Source of the DNA: Alphaproteobacteria bacterium
GTDB lineage: Bacteria > Pseudomonadota > Alphaproteobacteria > Bin95
Direction: 5' to 3'
NCBI GenBank assembly: GCA_965205265.1
Contig: CBDBGH010000003.1
Coordinates: forward strand, 2,624,001-2,688,000
DNA length: 64,000 nt
A program made the translations under genes and the position numbers. Below the pieces are notes generated by a model. That model was not told the origin of the DNA. It worked only from the letters and a program-made list of their open reading frames with translations, and did not search any database. Position 1 is the stretch's first letter; each line of letters opens with the position of its first letter. Below are positions 1 to 13,810 of this stretch, piece by piece.

Positions 1-339
1 GGGGCGATGAACGACATATTGAAGGCCGACACGCGCAATGCGTGGATCGCCCGGATGCGGGCCGCCGGCATTCCCGGCGGGCCGGTGCGCAGCGTGCCGG
101 AAGCCTTCGCGTCCGACGAGATGGCCGAGCGCGGCATGGTCGCGACGCAGACGCACAGCGCGCTCGGCGAGGTACGGGCCGTGCGCTCCCCGGTGTCGCT
201 CTCCGGGACGCCGGTCCGGAAGCCCGCCGGCGCGCCGCTGCTCGGCGAGCACACCGAAGCCTGCCTTTCCGAACTGCTCGGATATTCGCCCGGAAGACTC
301 GCCCGGCTCCGTCGCGAGGGCACGATTCTGCAGGCTTGA
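1..339 (+). CDS. CaiB/BaiF family (class III) CoA-transferase, C-terminal part; 5' end lies outside the window
   Basis: C-terminal signature AGIPGGPVRSV...APLLGEHT...LLGYS; the frame is open to the window edge. Confidence 0.85.
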   Translation, partial: GAMNDILKADTRNAWIARMRAAGIPGGPVRSVPEAFASDEMAERGMVATQTHSALGEVRAVRSPVSLSGTPVRKPAGAPLLGEHTEACLSELLGYSPGRLARLRREGTILQA

Positions 340-344
340 ACAGA

Positions 345-376
345 GCAAAACGCCCCGCCGTTTCCGACGGGGCGTT
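345..376 (-). terminator. Rho-independent terminator downstream of the OmpA-family gene, between convergent genes
   Basis: Minus strand reads AACGCCCCGTCG-GAAA-CGGCGGGGCGTT-TTGC: a 12-bp stem with one G-U pair, a GAAA tetraloop and a short U tract. Confidence 0.75.
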
Positions 377-414
377 CGTTGCCGTTCGGCCGGTCCTGCC
401 GGCCGGTTGCGGAC

Positions 415-1266
415 CTATTTGGAGAGGCGGATAACGACCCGCCGGTTCAACACTTCGCGGGTGTTGTCCGGAGTCTTGATCGCAAGGTCGCCCTCACCCA
501 CCGCCGTCACGGCGACGCGGTCTTCCGGAACGAGCAGGTCGAGGGTGAAGACCTCATAGACCGCCTTGGCCCGCATCTCGGAAAGCTTCTGGTTGTATTT
601 GGCCGAGCCGCTGGTGTCGGTATGGCCGGAGACGTTCACCATCGCGCCCTTGACCTTGCCGAAGGACGTGTAGGCCTTGTTGATCTCCTGCTGGGCCGCT
701 GCGGTGATCGCGGCGCTATCCCAGGCGAAATAGATCTCCCACGGACCCATATCGACCGGCTTCTTCGGCTTCGGCGGCGGCGGTCGCAGCGCATCTTCCG
801 CGGCGTCCGCGCCTTCCATGAACATTGCCTTGCAGCTGGCGATATCGCCGGGCTGGAAGTTCTCCTCCAGCTCCTGCAGCCAGCAATCGAAGCCGACCTG
901 CGCCATGGCCGTGGCAGCGCCGGCCTTTTCGCGCCCGCCATCGTCCAGAATGGTCTCGAGACGCGCCTGGGCGATTTCCACTTCGAGCTTGGCGTCGGCC
1001 GGCAGCGCGCGTCCGGACGGCTGCTCCAGCATGACGTCGGCGCCGCCCGCAACCGCCAGCACGCGGTCGGCGAAGACCCGGGCGTCCTGCCAGTCGCCTT
1101 CGGCGGCTTCCATGTCCGCAAGCTTCTTGTAGCCCTCGATCAGCCCCATCTGGAAGTCGGACCCGGTCGCCTCGGCCATCTGCGCATCTTTCAGGCTCGA
1201 TGCGCATCCCCCGAGCGCAAGCGCAGCGGCCCCGACCACAACATAGGCAGTGATCCGTGACAGCAT
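415..1266 (-). CDS. OmpA-family peptidoglycan-binding lipoprotein
   Basis: Lipobox LGGC after a hydrophobic leader; Pro-rich linker; OmpA C-domain motifs GHTDTSGSAKYNQKLSEMRA and NRRV; RBS GAGG before ATG 1266. Confidence 0.9.
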   Translation of the reverse strand: MLSRITAYVVVGAAALALGGCASSLKDAQMAEATGSDFQMGLIEGYKKLADMEAAEGDWQDARVFADRVLAVAGGADVMLEQPSGRALPADAKLEVEIAQARLETILDDGGREKAGAATAMAQVGFDCWLQELEENFQPGDIASCKAMFMEGADAAEDALRPPPPKPKKPVDMGPWEIYFAWDSAAITAAAQQEINKAYTSFGKVKGAMVNVSGHTDTSGSAKYNQKLSEMRAKAVYEVFTLDLLVPEDRVAVTAVGEGDLAIKTPDNTREVLNRRVVIRLSK

Positions 1267-1364
1267 GTTATTTCCTCGCGATTGGCGTTTGTTCAACTAG
1301 CGGGCGGCCCATCGGCCCAGCCGGCTGCCATGATAAAGACTTATGCCCGGTTCGCAAACATTAA

Positions 1365-3455
1365 TCACGCGCCGGTCATGGCTTCCGTCAGCGGCGCGCC
1401 CTTCTCCGCGAGACGCCGCAGGAGGGGCGCCGGCGCCCAGCGTTCCCCGTAGCGCTGGTGCCATGCAGCGATCCGGCCATAGACCTCGCGCACGCCCACG
1501 GTGTCGGCCCAGTACATAAGCCCGCCGCGATAGCGCGGGAAGCCGAATCCGTAGAGCCACATCGTGTCCACCTCCACGGCGCGCCGGGCAATGCCCTCCT
1601 CGACGATCCGGCAGGCTTCGTTGACCGAGGAAAAGAGCAGGCGCTGGACAATTTCCTCGTCATCGAAATCCCGTCGTCCGGCGCCCGATTCGTCCGAGAC
1701 CCGTCGAATCAGCGCCGCCACTTCCGGGTCCGGATGCGGCGTGCGGCTGCCCGGCTCGTAGCGATACCAGCCGGCGCCGGTCTTCATGCCGAGGCGGCCC
1801 ATCTCGACCAGGGCATCGGCGATGGGCAGCGGACGGACGGACGGGTCTGCGGCCTCCCTGCGCTTGCGCCCCGCATGGCCGATGTCGAGCCCCGCGAGGT
1901 CGCCGACAGCGAACGGCCCCATCGGGTAGCCGAACGCCACCATCGCCTTGTCCACCTGCTCCGGCAGCGCCCCTTCCTCCAGCAGGAGGACCATCTCCGT
2001 GTTAAAGGGCGCACGCGAGCGATTGGCGACGAAACCGTCGCAATTGCCGCAGACGACGCCCACCTTGGCGAGCCTCTTGGCCAGGGCCTGGACAGAGGCC
2101 AGAACCTCCTCGGAGGTCCGCTTGCCGCGCACGATCTCCAGCAGCTTCATCACATTGGCCGGGCTGAAGAAGTGCGCGCCGGCCACATCTTCCGGCCGCC
2201 CGGTCGCGGCCGCGATTTCGTCGATATCGAGCGCGGAAGTGTTGGTGAGGAGCAGCGCGCCCGGCTTCATCACCCGGTCCAGCGTCTCGAAAACCTCCTG
2301 CTTGACGCCGGTTTCCTCGAACACCGCCTCGATTGCGACATCGGCGGCCGCAATGGCTTCGTAGGAATCGACCGGCTCGATGAGCGCGAGCCGCGCCGCC
2401 ATGCCGGCCGCATCCAGCGAGCCCCGCTCGACGCTCGCCGCATAGGTTTTCCCGATTCGCTCCATCCCGCGCGCGAGCGTTTCCGGGTCCTTGTCCATGA
2501 TCTTCACCGGCAGGCCGGCATCGGCGCAGGTCATGGCGATTCCGCCGCCCATCGTGCCGGCGCCGACCACGGCCGCGGCCGCGACCGGGCGCGCCGGCGT
2601 CCCGCGCGAAACATGGGGCGAGCGCTGCGCTTCCCGCTCACTGAAGAAGGCATAGCGCAGCGCCTTCGCCTCCTCCGAATTCTCCAGTTCCTCGAACAGC
2701 GCACGCTCCTGCCGGATGCCGTCCTCGAAGGGCGTGGAACACGCAATCTCCACGCAGCGGATGCAGTGCCACGGCGCCTTCTGGTTGCGCGCGCGCCGGG
2801 CGATCTTCCGGCGCATCGCGTCGAAAATGCCGGGGTCATGGTCCGGTATCCCGCGTTCCGAAATCCGGGGCAGGACCGGCTCGTTCATCACCCGCATGGC
2901 GAAGGCGACGGCCGCATCGCGCAGTTCCCCGCCTTCCACCAGCTCGTCCAGAATGCCGAGTTCGAGGGCTTCCGGCGCCGGCACATGGCGGCCGGAGACG
3001 ATCATCTCGAGCGCCGCTTCCGGACCGATCAGCCGCGGCAGCCGCTGCGTGCCGCCGCCGCCCGGCAGAATGCCGATCAGGACTTCCGGCAGGCCCACCC
3101 TGGCGCCCGGCACCGCGATGCGGTAGTGGCAGCCGAGCGCATTTTCCAGGCCGCCGCCCAGCGCGTAGCCGTGAATGGCCGCGACGACCGGCTTCGGGCT
3201 CGCTTCCAGCACGTCGTGGGTGCGCCGGGCGACTGTCGGGCGCCCCTTGCCGAAACCGCGAATATCCGCGCCGGCGATGAAGGACCGCCCGGCGCCGATC
3301 AGCACCATTGCCCGCACCTGCCTGTCGGCGACGCCGCGGTCCACCGCCTCCAATATGCCCTCGCGCACGCCGGGCCCGAGCGCATTCACCGGCGGATAGT
3401 CCACCGTGATGATGCCTACCGGCCCCTGCCTGGTGAAATGAACGACCTCGGACAT
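1365..3455 (-). CDS. Enoyl-CoA hydratase / 3-hydroxyacyl-CoA dehydrogenase multifunctional protein (FadB/FadJ-like)
   Basis: Crotonase motifs AGADI, ALGGGLE, GLPEV..G.LPGGGGTQRLPRL; Rossmann GAGTMGGG; HFFSPANVMKLLE. Confidence 0.92.
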   Translation of the reverse strand: MSEVVHFTRQGPVGIITVDYPPVNALGPGVREGILEAVDRGVADRQVRAMVLIGAGRSFIAGADIRGFGKGRPTVARRTHDVLEASPKPVVAAIHGYALGGGLENALGCHYRIAVPGARVGLPEVLIGILPGGGGTQRLPRLIGPEAALEMIVSGRHVPAPEALELGILDELVEGGELRDAAVAFAMRVMNEPVLPRISERGIPDHDPGIFDAMRRKIARRARNQKAPWHCIRCVEIACSTPFEDGIRQERALFEELENSEEAKALRYAFFSEREAQRSPHVSRGTPARPVAAAAVVGAGTMGGGIAMTCADAGLPVKIMDKDPETLARGMERIGKTYAASVERGSLDAAGMAARLALIEPVDSYEAIAAADVAIEAVFEETGVKQEVFETLDRVMKPGALLLTNTSALDIDEIAAATGRPEDVAGAHFFSPANVMKLLEIVRGKRTSEEVLASVQALAKRLAKVGVVCGNCDGFVANRSRAPFNTEMVLLLEEGALPEQVDKAMVAFGYPMGPFAVGDLAGLDIGHAGRKRREAADPSVRPLPIADALVEMGRLGMKTGAGWYRYEPGSRTPHPDPEVAALIRRVSDESGAGRRDFDDEEIVQRLLFSSVNEACRIVEEGIARRAVEVDTMWLYGFGFPRYRGGLMYWADTVGVREVYGRIAAWHQRYGERWAPAPLLRRLAEKGAPLTEAMTGA

Positions 3456-3486
3456 GCTGTCCCCTTTCCGCCGACAGTGCGGCGCC

Positions 3487-4466
3487 TTATGTCGGATAGG
3501 TGCCGGCCATGCGCGCCCTCAGGCGGATCAGCGCCAGCACCGTGTCGATGGCCGGCGTCGCGACGCCGGCGCGCCGCCCCAGTTCGCTGACCGCGCCCAC
3601 CAGCGCGTCGATTTCCATCGGCCGGCCGCGCTCCAAGTCCTGCAGCATCGAGGTCTTGTGCGCGCCGACCGCGACCGCGCCTTCGAGGCGGCGTTCCAGC
3701 GGAATGCGGAAGCGCACGCCCAGCGCCTCGCCGACCGTCTGCCCCTCGCGCATCATCGCTTCGACGAGGCGGCGCACCTCATCGTCCGAGCCGATTTCGG
3801 CGAGCGTCGCATGGGTGAGCGCCGAGATCGGGTTGAAGCAGAGGTTCCCCCAGAGCTTCACCCAGATTTCGTCGCGGATTCGGGGCCGGACGGGTGCGCG
3901 GAAGCCTGCCGCGATGAGCAGCCGGGACAAGGCCGAGGCCCGCTCGCTGCGCGTGCCGTCGGGCTCGCCGAGCGTGTAGCCGTTGCCGTCGATATGCCGG
4001 CAGACGCCGGGCTCGACAATCTCCGCAGCCGGATAGACGACGCAGCCGATGGCGCGTTCCGGCCCGAGCCCATGCCATTGCACGCCGCCCGGATCGACCG
4101 CCTCCACCGGCCCCGCCGGGAAGCCCGTCTCGATGCCGTGGAAATACCACCAGGGAACGCCGTTCATCGCGGTGACGACCGCCGTGCCGGGTCCGAGCAG
4201 CGGGCGCATCGCCTCGACCACGCCCGGTGCCTGGTGCGCCTTGAGCGTCACGATCACGAAATCCTGCACGCCGAAAGCCGCCGGGTCGTCGCTGGCCGCG
4301 ACCGGCAGCGTGAAGTCTTCTTCGTCGGAAACAAAGCGCAGCCCGTTCGCCTGCATGGCGGCCAGATGCGGCCCGCGCGCGATGAGGCCGATCCCGGCCT
4401 CTCCCTGCCGGCCGAGCAGGGCGGCCAGGTGGCACCCGATCGCGCCCGCCCCGAAGATCGCGATCT

Positions 4467-4470
<4 letters not shown>
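3487..4470 (-). CDS. Ketopantoate reductase (PanE/ApbA) family protein, possibly oxalyl-CoA reductase (PanE2-like)
   Basis: GTG start overlaps the upstream stop (GTGA); KIAIFGAGAIG, NGVPWWYF, WVKLWGN, HKTSMLQDLERGRPMEID. Confidence 0.88.
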
Positions 4471-6013
<1,543 letters not shown>

Positions 6014-6017
<4 letters not shown>

Positions 6018-7000
6018 GGCTCGACGACCACCGTGCCGAGCTTGCCCGGACTTTCCACCTGCTCGTGCGCGGCGACGATCTCATCCAATGAGAAACGGGC
6101 TGCGACCGGGAACGACCGCCCGGCCCCCGCCGCCCAGCGCGTCACATCGCGCTGCGCCTGCCTGCGGGCCTCGAGCGGGAGGCCGTTCAGCACCACGAAA
6201 TGCAGGGTGGCATTCAGGCGCATCAGGGCGCGCGTGTCGATCTTCGGCGTCCTGTCGCCGTCGCTGGCGTAGATTGCAACGGTGCCGTTGCGTTTCAATG
6301 TGCCCATCGCGATTGCGAGATTGCCGCCGAAATCGACCTCGACAATCCGGTCCACGCCCTCGCCGCCGGTGAGTTCCCCGACCCGCGCCACAACGTCTTC
6401 CTGTCGGTAGTTGATAACCGCGTCCGCCCCGCCGGCGAGCGCATGCGCCGCCTTGGCCTCGCCGCTCACCGTCGCCAGCACGCGCGCGCCGCCCCATGTC
6501 GCAAGCTGCACGGCATAGTGGCCGACCGCGCCCGCGCCGCCCGCGACAAGCACCGTCTTGCCGGCGACCGACCCGTCCTGGAAGACGCAGCGATGCGCCG
6601 TCATGGCCGGAATGCCGAGCGTCGCCCCTTCCGCGAACCCGAGTTCGTCGGGAAGCGCATGGACGAGTCCGGCGTCGAGCGCGATATATTCCGCCGCCGT
6701 GCCGAACGCCCGGCCGAGCCGCTGGCCGTTATAGAGCCAGACCCGCCGGCCGACCCAGGCGGGATCGACGCCCGCGCCCACGCTGTCCACCGTGCCCGCA
6801 CCGTCGCTGTTCGGGATCACGCGCTCGAAGCGGTAGCCGTAGTCGCTCGCGCCCGCGCGCAGCTTCACGTCCGCCGGGTTGACGCCCGACGCCGCCAGCC
6901 GCACGCGAAGCTCGCCCGGCCCTGCCTCCGGCGCCGGCATCTCGCCGACTTCCAGCACCTCCCGCGCCGGTCCCTTGCGCTCGTACCACGCCGCCCGCAT
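6014..7000 (-). CDS. NADPH:quinone reductase (zeta-crystallin/MDR family)
   Basis: ASGVNPAD, IPNSDGAG, GGAGAVG; RBS GAGAGGG before ATG 7000. Confidence 0.9.
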
Positions 7001-7088
7001 GCAACCCCTCTCCCTCTCCCTGCATCGCATGATTTAATGCGCCCCGGCAAGAATTCGAGAGCCGTGCGACATCGGAGGCGACAGGGCC

Positions 7089-8042
7089 ATGAAGCGGATC
7101 GTGTTTCTGGAGCGCAACTCCTTCCCGCCGGGCGTGCCGATTCGCCGCCCCGGTTTCCCGCATGAGTGGGTGGAGTTCGACGAGACGCATCCCGACCGGG
7201 CGGCGGAGCGGCTTCGGGGCGCCCAGGTCGCGGTGACGAACAAGTGCCGCATCGACGCCTCCGTGTTCGAGGCCGCGCCGACGCTGGAGCTGGTGGCGGT
7301 TTCGGCCACCGGCACCGACTGCGTGGACAAGGAGGCGGCGCGCGCGGCGGGCGTGCCGGTCACCAATGTCACCGGCTATGCCGCCGACAGCGTGGCGGAG
7401 CACGCGCTCGCCCTGCTGCTTGCGCTCGCGCGCGCCGTGCCGGCCTATGACCGCGCCGTGGCCGAAGGGCGCTGGGCGAAGGCGCGCCAGTTCTGCCTGT
7501 TCGACTACCCGATCCTGGACCTCGCCGGGCGGCGGCTCGGCATTGTCGGCGCAGGCGTCATCGGCTCCGCCGTCGCGCGGAAGGCCGCGGCGCTGGGCAT
7601 GGAGGCGGTCACCGCCGCGCGCAAGGGTGCGGCGCCCGGCCCCGGCCGAATCGCCTTCGACGAGATGCTGGCGACCGCCGACGCCATTTCGGTCCACTGC
7701 CCGCTCAGCGACGAGACCCGGGGCCTGATCGGCCGGACCGAATTCGCCGCGATGCGCCACCGCCCCTTCCTCGTCAACACGGCGCGGGGCGGCATTGTGG
7801 ACGAGGCCGCGCTGGCCGAGGCGCTGGACGGCGGCGCGATCCGGGGCGCGGCCTTCGACGTGGCGACCGTCGAGCCGCCGCCGGAGGGCCATATCCTGCC
7901 CGCGCTCGCCGGACGACCCAATGTCATCGTCACCCCGCATGTCGCCTGGGCGAGCGAAGCCGCCATGGCCGCCCTCGTCGAGGGCCTGGTTTCGGGCCTC
8001 GAAGCCTGGGCGCGCGGCGAGCTCCGCAACCGCGTCGCTTGA
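7089..8042 (+). CDS. D-2-hydroxyacid dehydrogenase (glycerate dehydrogenase / hydroxypyruvate reductase-like)
   Basis: VTNK, ATGTD.VD, GIVGAGVIG, HCPL, VNTARGG, TPHVAWAS. Confidence 0.9.
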   Translation: MKRIVFLERNSFPPGVPIRRPGFPHEWVEFDETHPDRAAERLRGAQVAVTNKCRIDASVFEAAPTLELVAVSATGTDCVDKEAARAAGVPVTNVTGYAADSVAEHALALLLALARAVPAYDRAVAEGRWAKARQFCLFDYPILDLAGRRLGIVGAGVIGSAVARKAAALGMEAVTAARKGAAPGPGRIAFDEMLATADAISVHCPLSDETRGLIGRTEFAAMRHRPFLVNTARGGIVDEAALAEALDGGAIRGAAFDVATVEPPPEGHILPALAGRPNVIVTPHVAWASEAAMAALVEGLVSGLEAWARGELRNRVA

Positions 8043-8107
8043 CCCACCGGGCGGCGTCGGGCGAAAACGGCACCCGGTCCCGCAGATACGGCAAGGCAGG
8101 CCACGCA

Positions 8108-9289
8108 ATGCCCATCGTCAACCGCATAGCCGAGTTCCACGAGGAAATGACCGCGTGGCGGCGCGAGCTCCACATGTATCCGGAAACGGCGTTCGAGGAG
8201 GTGCGCACCGCCGCCTTCGTCGCGGACAGGCTGAAGGAATTCGGCGTGGACGCCGTCCACACGGGCATCGCAAAGACCGGCGTCGTCGCCGTGCTGCGCG
8301 GACAGGGCGACAGCCAGCGCTCCGTCGCCATCCGGGCCGACATGGACGCGCTCGACATCGAGGAGGCGAACGGTTTCGAATACAGGTCCCGCAATCCCGG
8401 CAAGATGCACGCCTGCGGCCATGACGGGCATACGACCATGCTGCTCGGCGCCGCGAAATACCTCGCCGAGACGCGCAATTTCGACGGCACGGTCTATTTC
8501 GTCTTCCAGCCAGCGGAGGAGAACGAGGGCGGCGGGCGCGCCATGGTGGAGGACGGCCTGTTCGAGCGCTTCCCGGCGGACGCGGTTTACGGCATGCACA
8601 ACGCGCCGGGCGTGCCGGTCGGGCGCTTCACCACCCGCGCCGGGCCGGCCATGGCGGGCTTCGACATTTTCGAGATCGAGATCGACGGCTACGGCACCCA
8701 TGCCGCCCGGCCGCACCAGGGCGTCGACAGCGTCGTCATACAGGCGCAGATCGTCACGGCGCTCCAGACCGTTGCGAGCCGGTCGGTCAACGCCATCGAT
8801 TCGGTCGTGCTCACCATCACCCAGGTGCATGGCGGCGACACCTGGAACGTCATCCCCCAGAAGGTCGTGCTGCGCGGCACGGTCCGGGCCTTCAAGCCGG
8901 AGGTGCAGGACCTGACGGAGGCGCGCATGCGGCGCATCTGCGAGAGCATCGCGGAGGCCTTCGGCGCCAGCGTTTCCGTGCGCTACGAGCGGCGCTACCC
9001 GCCGACGGTCAACGACGCGGCGCATGTCGATATCGCCGCCGGCGTCGCGGCCGATGTGTTCGGCGCGGCCAATGTGAGCACCGACGCGCCGCCCGGCATG
9101 GGCTCGGAGGACTTCTCCTTCATGCTGAACGCGAAGCCGGGCGCCTATGTCCGCATCGGCAACGGCGCGGAAGGCGAGCATGGCGGCGTGGTCGTCCACA
9201 ACCCGCATTACGACTTCAACGACGAGGCCCTGCCCTGGGGCGCGACCTACTGGTCGCGCCTGGTCGAAACCGTGCTGGTGCGCGCATGA
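8108..9289 (+). CDS. M20D family amidohydrolase (hippurate hydrolase-like)
   Basis: RADMDAL, MHACGHDGHT, FQPAEE, GMHN, SEDFS. Confidence 0.93.
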   Translation: MPIVNRIAEFHEEMTAWRRELHMYPETAFEEVRTAAFVADRLKEFGVDAVHTGIAKTGVVAVLRGQGDSQRSVAIRADMDALDIEEANGFEYRSRNPGKMHACGHDGHTTMLLGAAKYLAETRNFDGTVYFVFQPAEENEGGGRAMVEDGLFERFPADAVYGMHNAPGVPVGRFTTRAGPAMAGFDIFEIEIDGYGTHAARPHQGVDSVVIQAQIVTALQTVASRSVNAIDSVVLTITQVHGGDTWNVIPQKVVLRGTVRAFKPEVQDLTEARMRRICESIAEAFGASVSVRYERRYPPTVNDAAHVDIAAGVAADVFGAANVSTDAPPGMGSEDFSFMLNAKPGAYVRIGNGAEGEHGGVVVHNPHYDFNDEALPWGATYWSRLVETVLVRA

Positions 9290-10002
9290 AACTGCGGGAC
9301 TTCGACGCGCTCAGCTTCGACTGCTACGGCACGCTGATCGACTGGGAGGCCGGCATCCTCGCCGCCTGGTGCCCCTGGGCGAAGAGGGAAGGCGTGGAAG
9401 CCGAAGACGGGGCCGTGCTGGAGTGCTTCGCCGCCAACGAATCGCGCCAGCAGGCCGAGACGCCGGGCCTGCCCTATCCGGAGGTGCTCGCGCGGACCTT
9501 CATGGCGATGGGCGCGGCGTTCGGGCGCGCGCCTCTGGAGGGCGAGGCGGTTGCGTTCGGCCGGTCCGTGCCGGACTGGCCGGCCTTTCCCGACAGCGCC
9601 GAAGCGCTGGCCTATTTGGGCCGGCATTACGAGCTCATCGTGCTCTCGAACGTGGACCGGGAAAGCTTCGCCGGCTCCGCGAAGCGGCTCGACGCGCGGT
9701 TCGGCGCCGTCTTCACGGCCCAGGACATCGGCTCCTACAAGCCGGCGCCGGCGAATTTCGATGCGCTGACCGCCGGCCTCGAGGCGCGCGGGATTGCGAA
9801 GGCGCGCGTGCTGCACACGGCCCAATCGCTCTTCCACGACCACGTGCCGGCCGCCGCCGCCGGGTTCGCGACCTGCTGGATCGACCGGCGCCGGGGCCGG
9901 CCCGGCTGGGGCGCCACCATGCCGCCGCCCGCGGAGGTGGAGGTGGATTTCCATTTCGGCTCCATGGCGGCGCTTGTGGAGGCGCATCGCCGGGAAGGTT
10001 AA
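9286..10002 (+). CDS. HAD-family hydrolase (haloacid dehalogenase type II-like)
   Basis: FDCYGTLIDWE, LSNVD, GSYKP, AQSLFHDH; ATGA overlap with the upstream gene. Confidence 0.9.
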   Translation: MKLRDFDALSFDCYGTLIDWEAGILAAWCPWAKREGVEAEDGAVLECFAANESRQQAETPGLPYPEVLARTFMAMGAAFGRAPLEGEAVAFGRSVPDWPAFPDSAEALAYLGRHYELIVLSNVDRESFAGSAKRLDARFGAVFTAQDIGSYKPAPANFDALTAGLEARGIAKARVLHTAQSLFHDHVPAAAAGFATCWIDRRRGRPGWGATMPPPAEVEVDFHFGSMAALVEAHRREG

Positions 10003-10057
10003 CCTCGGTCCCGGCCGGGGCTACAATCCGGCGGGCGGCCAAGGGGGTGCGTGCGTC

Positions 10058-10894
10058 ATGCTCAAGAGCATAGTGGTGGCGGTGGATGCGTCCCCGTCCA
10101 GCGTGGAAGCGGAGAAGCTGGCGCTCGCCATTGCCGGAAGCCACGGCTCGAAGCTCGTCGGGATCGGCGTACTCGATACGCCGTTCTTCACCGCGCCCAT
10201 GGCGCGGCCGATAGGCGCCGGAGCCTACAAGGAGCACCGCGACGAGACGCTGGTCGAGGCTGCGCGCCAAAGGCTCGAAACGCGGATAAAGGAGTTCGAG
10301 GCGGCGTGCGCGTCCGCCGGCGCGGCTTACGGCGCCGTCGAGGCGGAAGGCGTGCCGCACAAGCTGATCGAAGCGGAGGCGGACCGTCACGACCTCATCG
10401 TGATCGGCCGCGAGACCAACTTCCACGGCGTGGAGAAGCACGACATCGCCGATGTCGTCCAGCGCCTGCTGCACGACAATCCGCGGCCGGTGGTCATGGT
10501 GCCGCCTGCGCCGCAAACGGGCGGACGGGTCGTGGTCGCCTTCGACGGCAGCCGCGAGTCCTCGCGCGCCATGCACATGTATATCCTGCTGGGCCTCGCC
10601 AGGGAGCAGGAGCCGCATGTCGTCAGCATCGCCGCGAACCGGGCGGAGGCCACTGCCATCGCCGCAAGGGGGGCGGACCTGTTCCGGTCCCATGGCTTCG
10701 CCGCCGAAGCGCACGGCGTCGCCGCGCATGGCAGTCCCGCCGACGCCATCCTTTCCCATGTCGAGTCCATGAACGCCGGCATGCTCGTCATGGGCGCCTT
10801 CGGGCGCCACAACCTCGTCCACAATATCCTGGTCGGCTCCGCCACCCGCCGCCTGCTGCACGACTGCCCGGCCCCGGTCTTCGTGCATCACTGA
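10058..10894 (+). CDS. Universal stress protein with tandem USP domains
   Basis: KSIVVAVDAS, DLIVIG, VVVAFDGSRES, LVMGAFG....LVGSAT...P.FV. Confidence 0.88.
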   Translation: MLKSIVVAVDASPSSVEAEKLALAIAGSHGSKLVGIGVLDTPFFTAPMARPIGAGAYKEHRDETLVEAARQRLETRIKEFEAACASAGAAYGAVEAEGVPHKLIEAEADRHDLIVIGRETNFHGVEKHDIADVVQRLLHDNPRPVVMVPPAPQTGGRVVVAFDGSRESSRAMHMYILLGLAREQEPHVVSIAANRAEATAIAARGADLFRSHGFAAEAHGVAAHGSPADAILSHVESMNAGMLVMGAFGRHNLVHNILVGSATRRLLHDCPAPVFVHH

Positions 10895-10922
10895 CGGCAG
10901 GCCGGCGCCGGGCCCGCGAGGG

Positions 10923-11885
10923 CTACGCTCCCCAGTGTTCGCGCAGGTGGTTAGCCGCGTCGCGGACGGCGCGGGCGGCGACCTCCACTTCGGGGGCCAT
11001 CTTCAGGAAGCCGTGCGGGGCGCCCGGATAGAGGATGTAGCGGTGCGGCACATGGGCGGCGGCCAGCTTCAGGCCCAGCGCCTCGGCGTCGTCGCGCAGC
11101 GGGTCCAGCGCCGCCGCCGTCAGCAGCACCGGCGGCAGGCCGCGGAAATCCATGTTCAGGGAACAGAACAGCGGGTCGCGTCCGTCCTCCTCCCGGCCCA
11201 GATAGTCGGCATAGAAGCGCCGCATGATGGCGAGGCCGAGGCCGTAGCGGCCGTCCCCATAGGCCTCAGCGGCCGGGCCGGGTTCGTAGCCGTATTCCGG
11301 CATATGGCCGTAACAGCCGTAGAAGAGCAGCGCGGTGCGGAGCGCCTCGCGCCGCCGGTCCAGCACGGCGAGCGCCAGGTTGGCGCCGGCCGAGTCGCCC
11401 CCGACCGCAAGCCGCGCGGCGTCCACCCCGATCTCCGCGCCGTGCTCCGCCAGCCAGTCGCAGGCGAAAATGCACTCCTCGACCGGAACCGGGAACCGGT
11501 GCTCCGGGGCGAGCCGGTAATCGACGGAGACAACGGCCGCCTCCGCTTCCCTCGCCAGCAGGCGGCAGAGCGTATCATGGGACTCGACGCTGCCCAGCAT
11601 GAAACCGCCGCCATGCAGGTAAAGCAGCCCCGGCAGCGCCCCGTCGTCGCGCGGCCGATAGACCCGCACCCGGAGTTCGCCATGCGGGCCGGCGAGCGCC
11701 AGATTTACAACGGAGGCGAGCGGCGGCGGATCGGCGTTCCAGTAAACCGAGGAGGCGTCATAGGCGGCGCGAATGTCTTCCGCGGGCGCATCGACCAGGG
11801 CCTTCAGGTCGAGCGGCGGCGAGGCCTCGGCCGCGCGCTGGCCCGCCTCGACGATTGCAGGATCGATGGTCTCGACGCCGGTCAT
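10923..11885 (-). CDS. Alpha/beta hydrolase, HSL-family esterase/lactonase
   Basis: HGGG oxyanion motif, DYRLAPE, GDSAG nucleophile, DPLRD, HGF. Confidence 0.92.
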   Translation of the reverse strand: MTGVETIDPAIVEAGQRAAEASPPLDLKALVDAPAEDIRAAYDASSVYWNADPPPLASVVNLALAGPHGELRVRVYRPRDDGALPGLLYLHGGGFMLGSVESHDTLCRLLAREAEAAVVSVDYRLAPEHRFPVPVEECIFACDWLAEHGAEIGVDAARLAVGGDSAGANLALAVLDRRREALRTALLFYGCYGHMPEYGYEPGPAAEAYGDGRYGLGLAIMRRFYADYLGREEDGRDPLFCSLNMDFRGLPPVLLTAAALDPLRDDAEALGLKLAAAHVPHRYILYPGAPHGFLKMAPEVEVAARAVRDAANHLREHWGA

Positions 11886-12069
11886 GGCCTCTCCCCCGGG
11901 GCGATCGGTCGATGCCGCGCATTACAGGGCGACGCCGCCCCCCGCAACCCCGCTGCGAGCGCCATCCTCCGGCCACCTCCTTCGGAGACGCTCGTCCGGC
12001 GTTGCCAAGGCCGCCCGATTCGGAATAGACAGGCGCATCCTTTCCCGATCCCGAGACGCCGCGCTCCCC

Positions 12070-13803
<1,734 letters not shown>

Positions 13804-13810
13804 CGCGCCC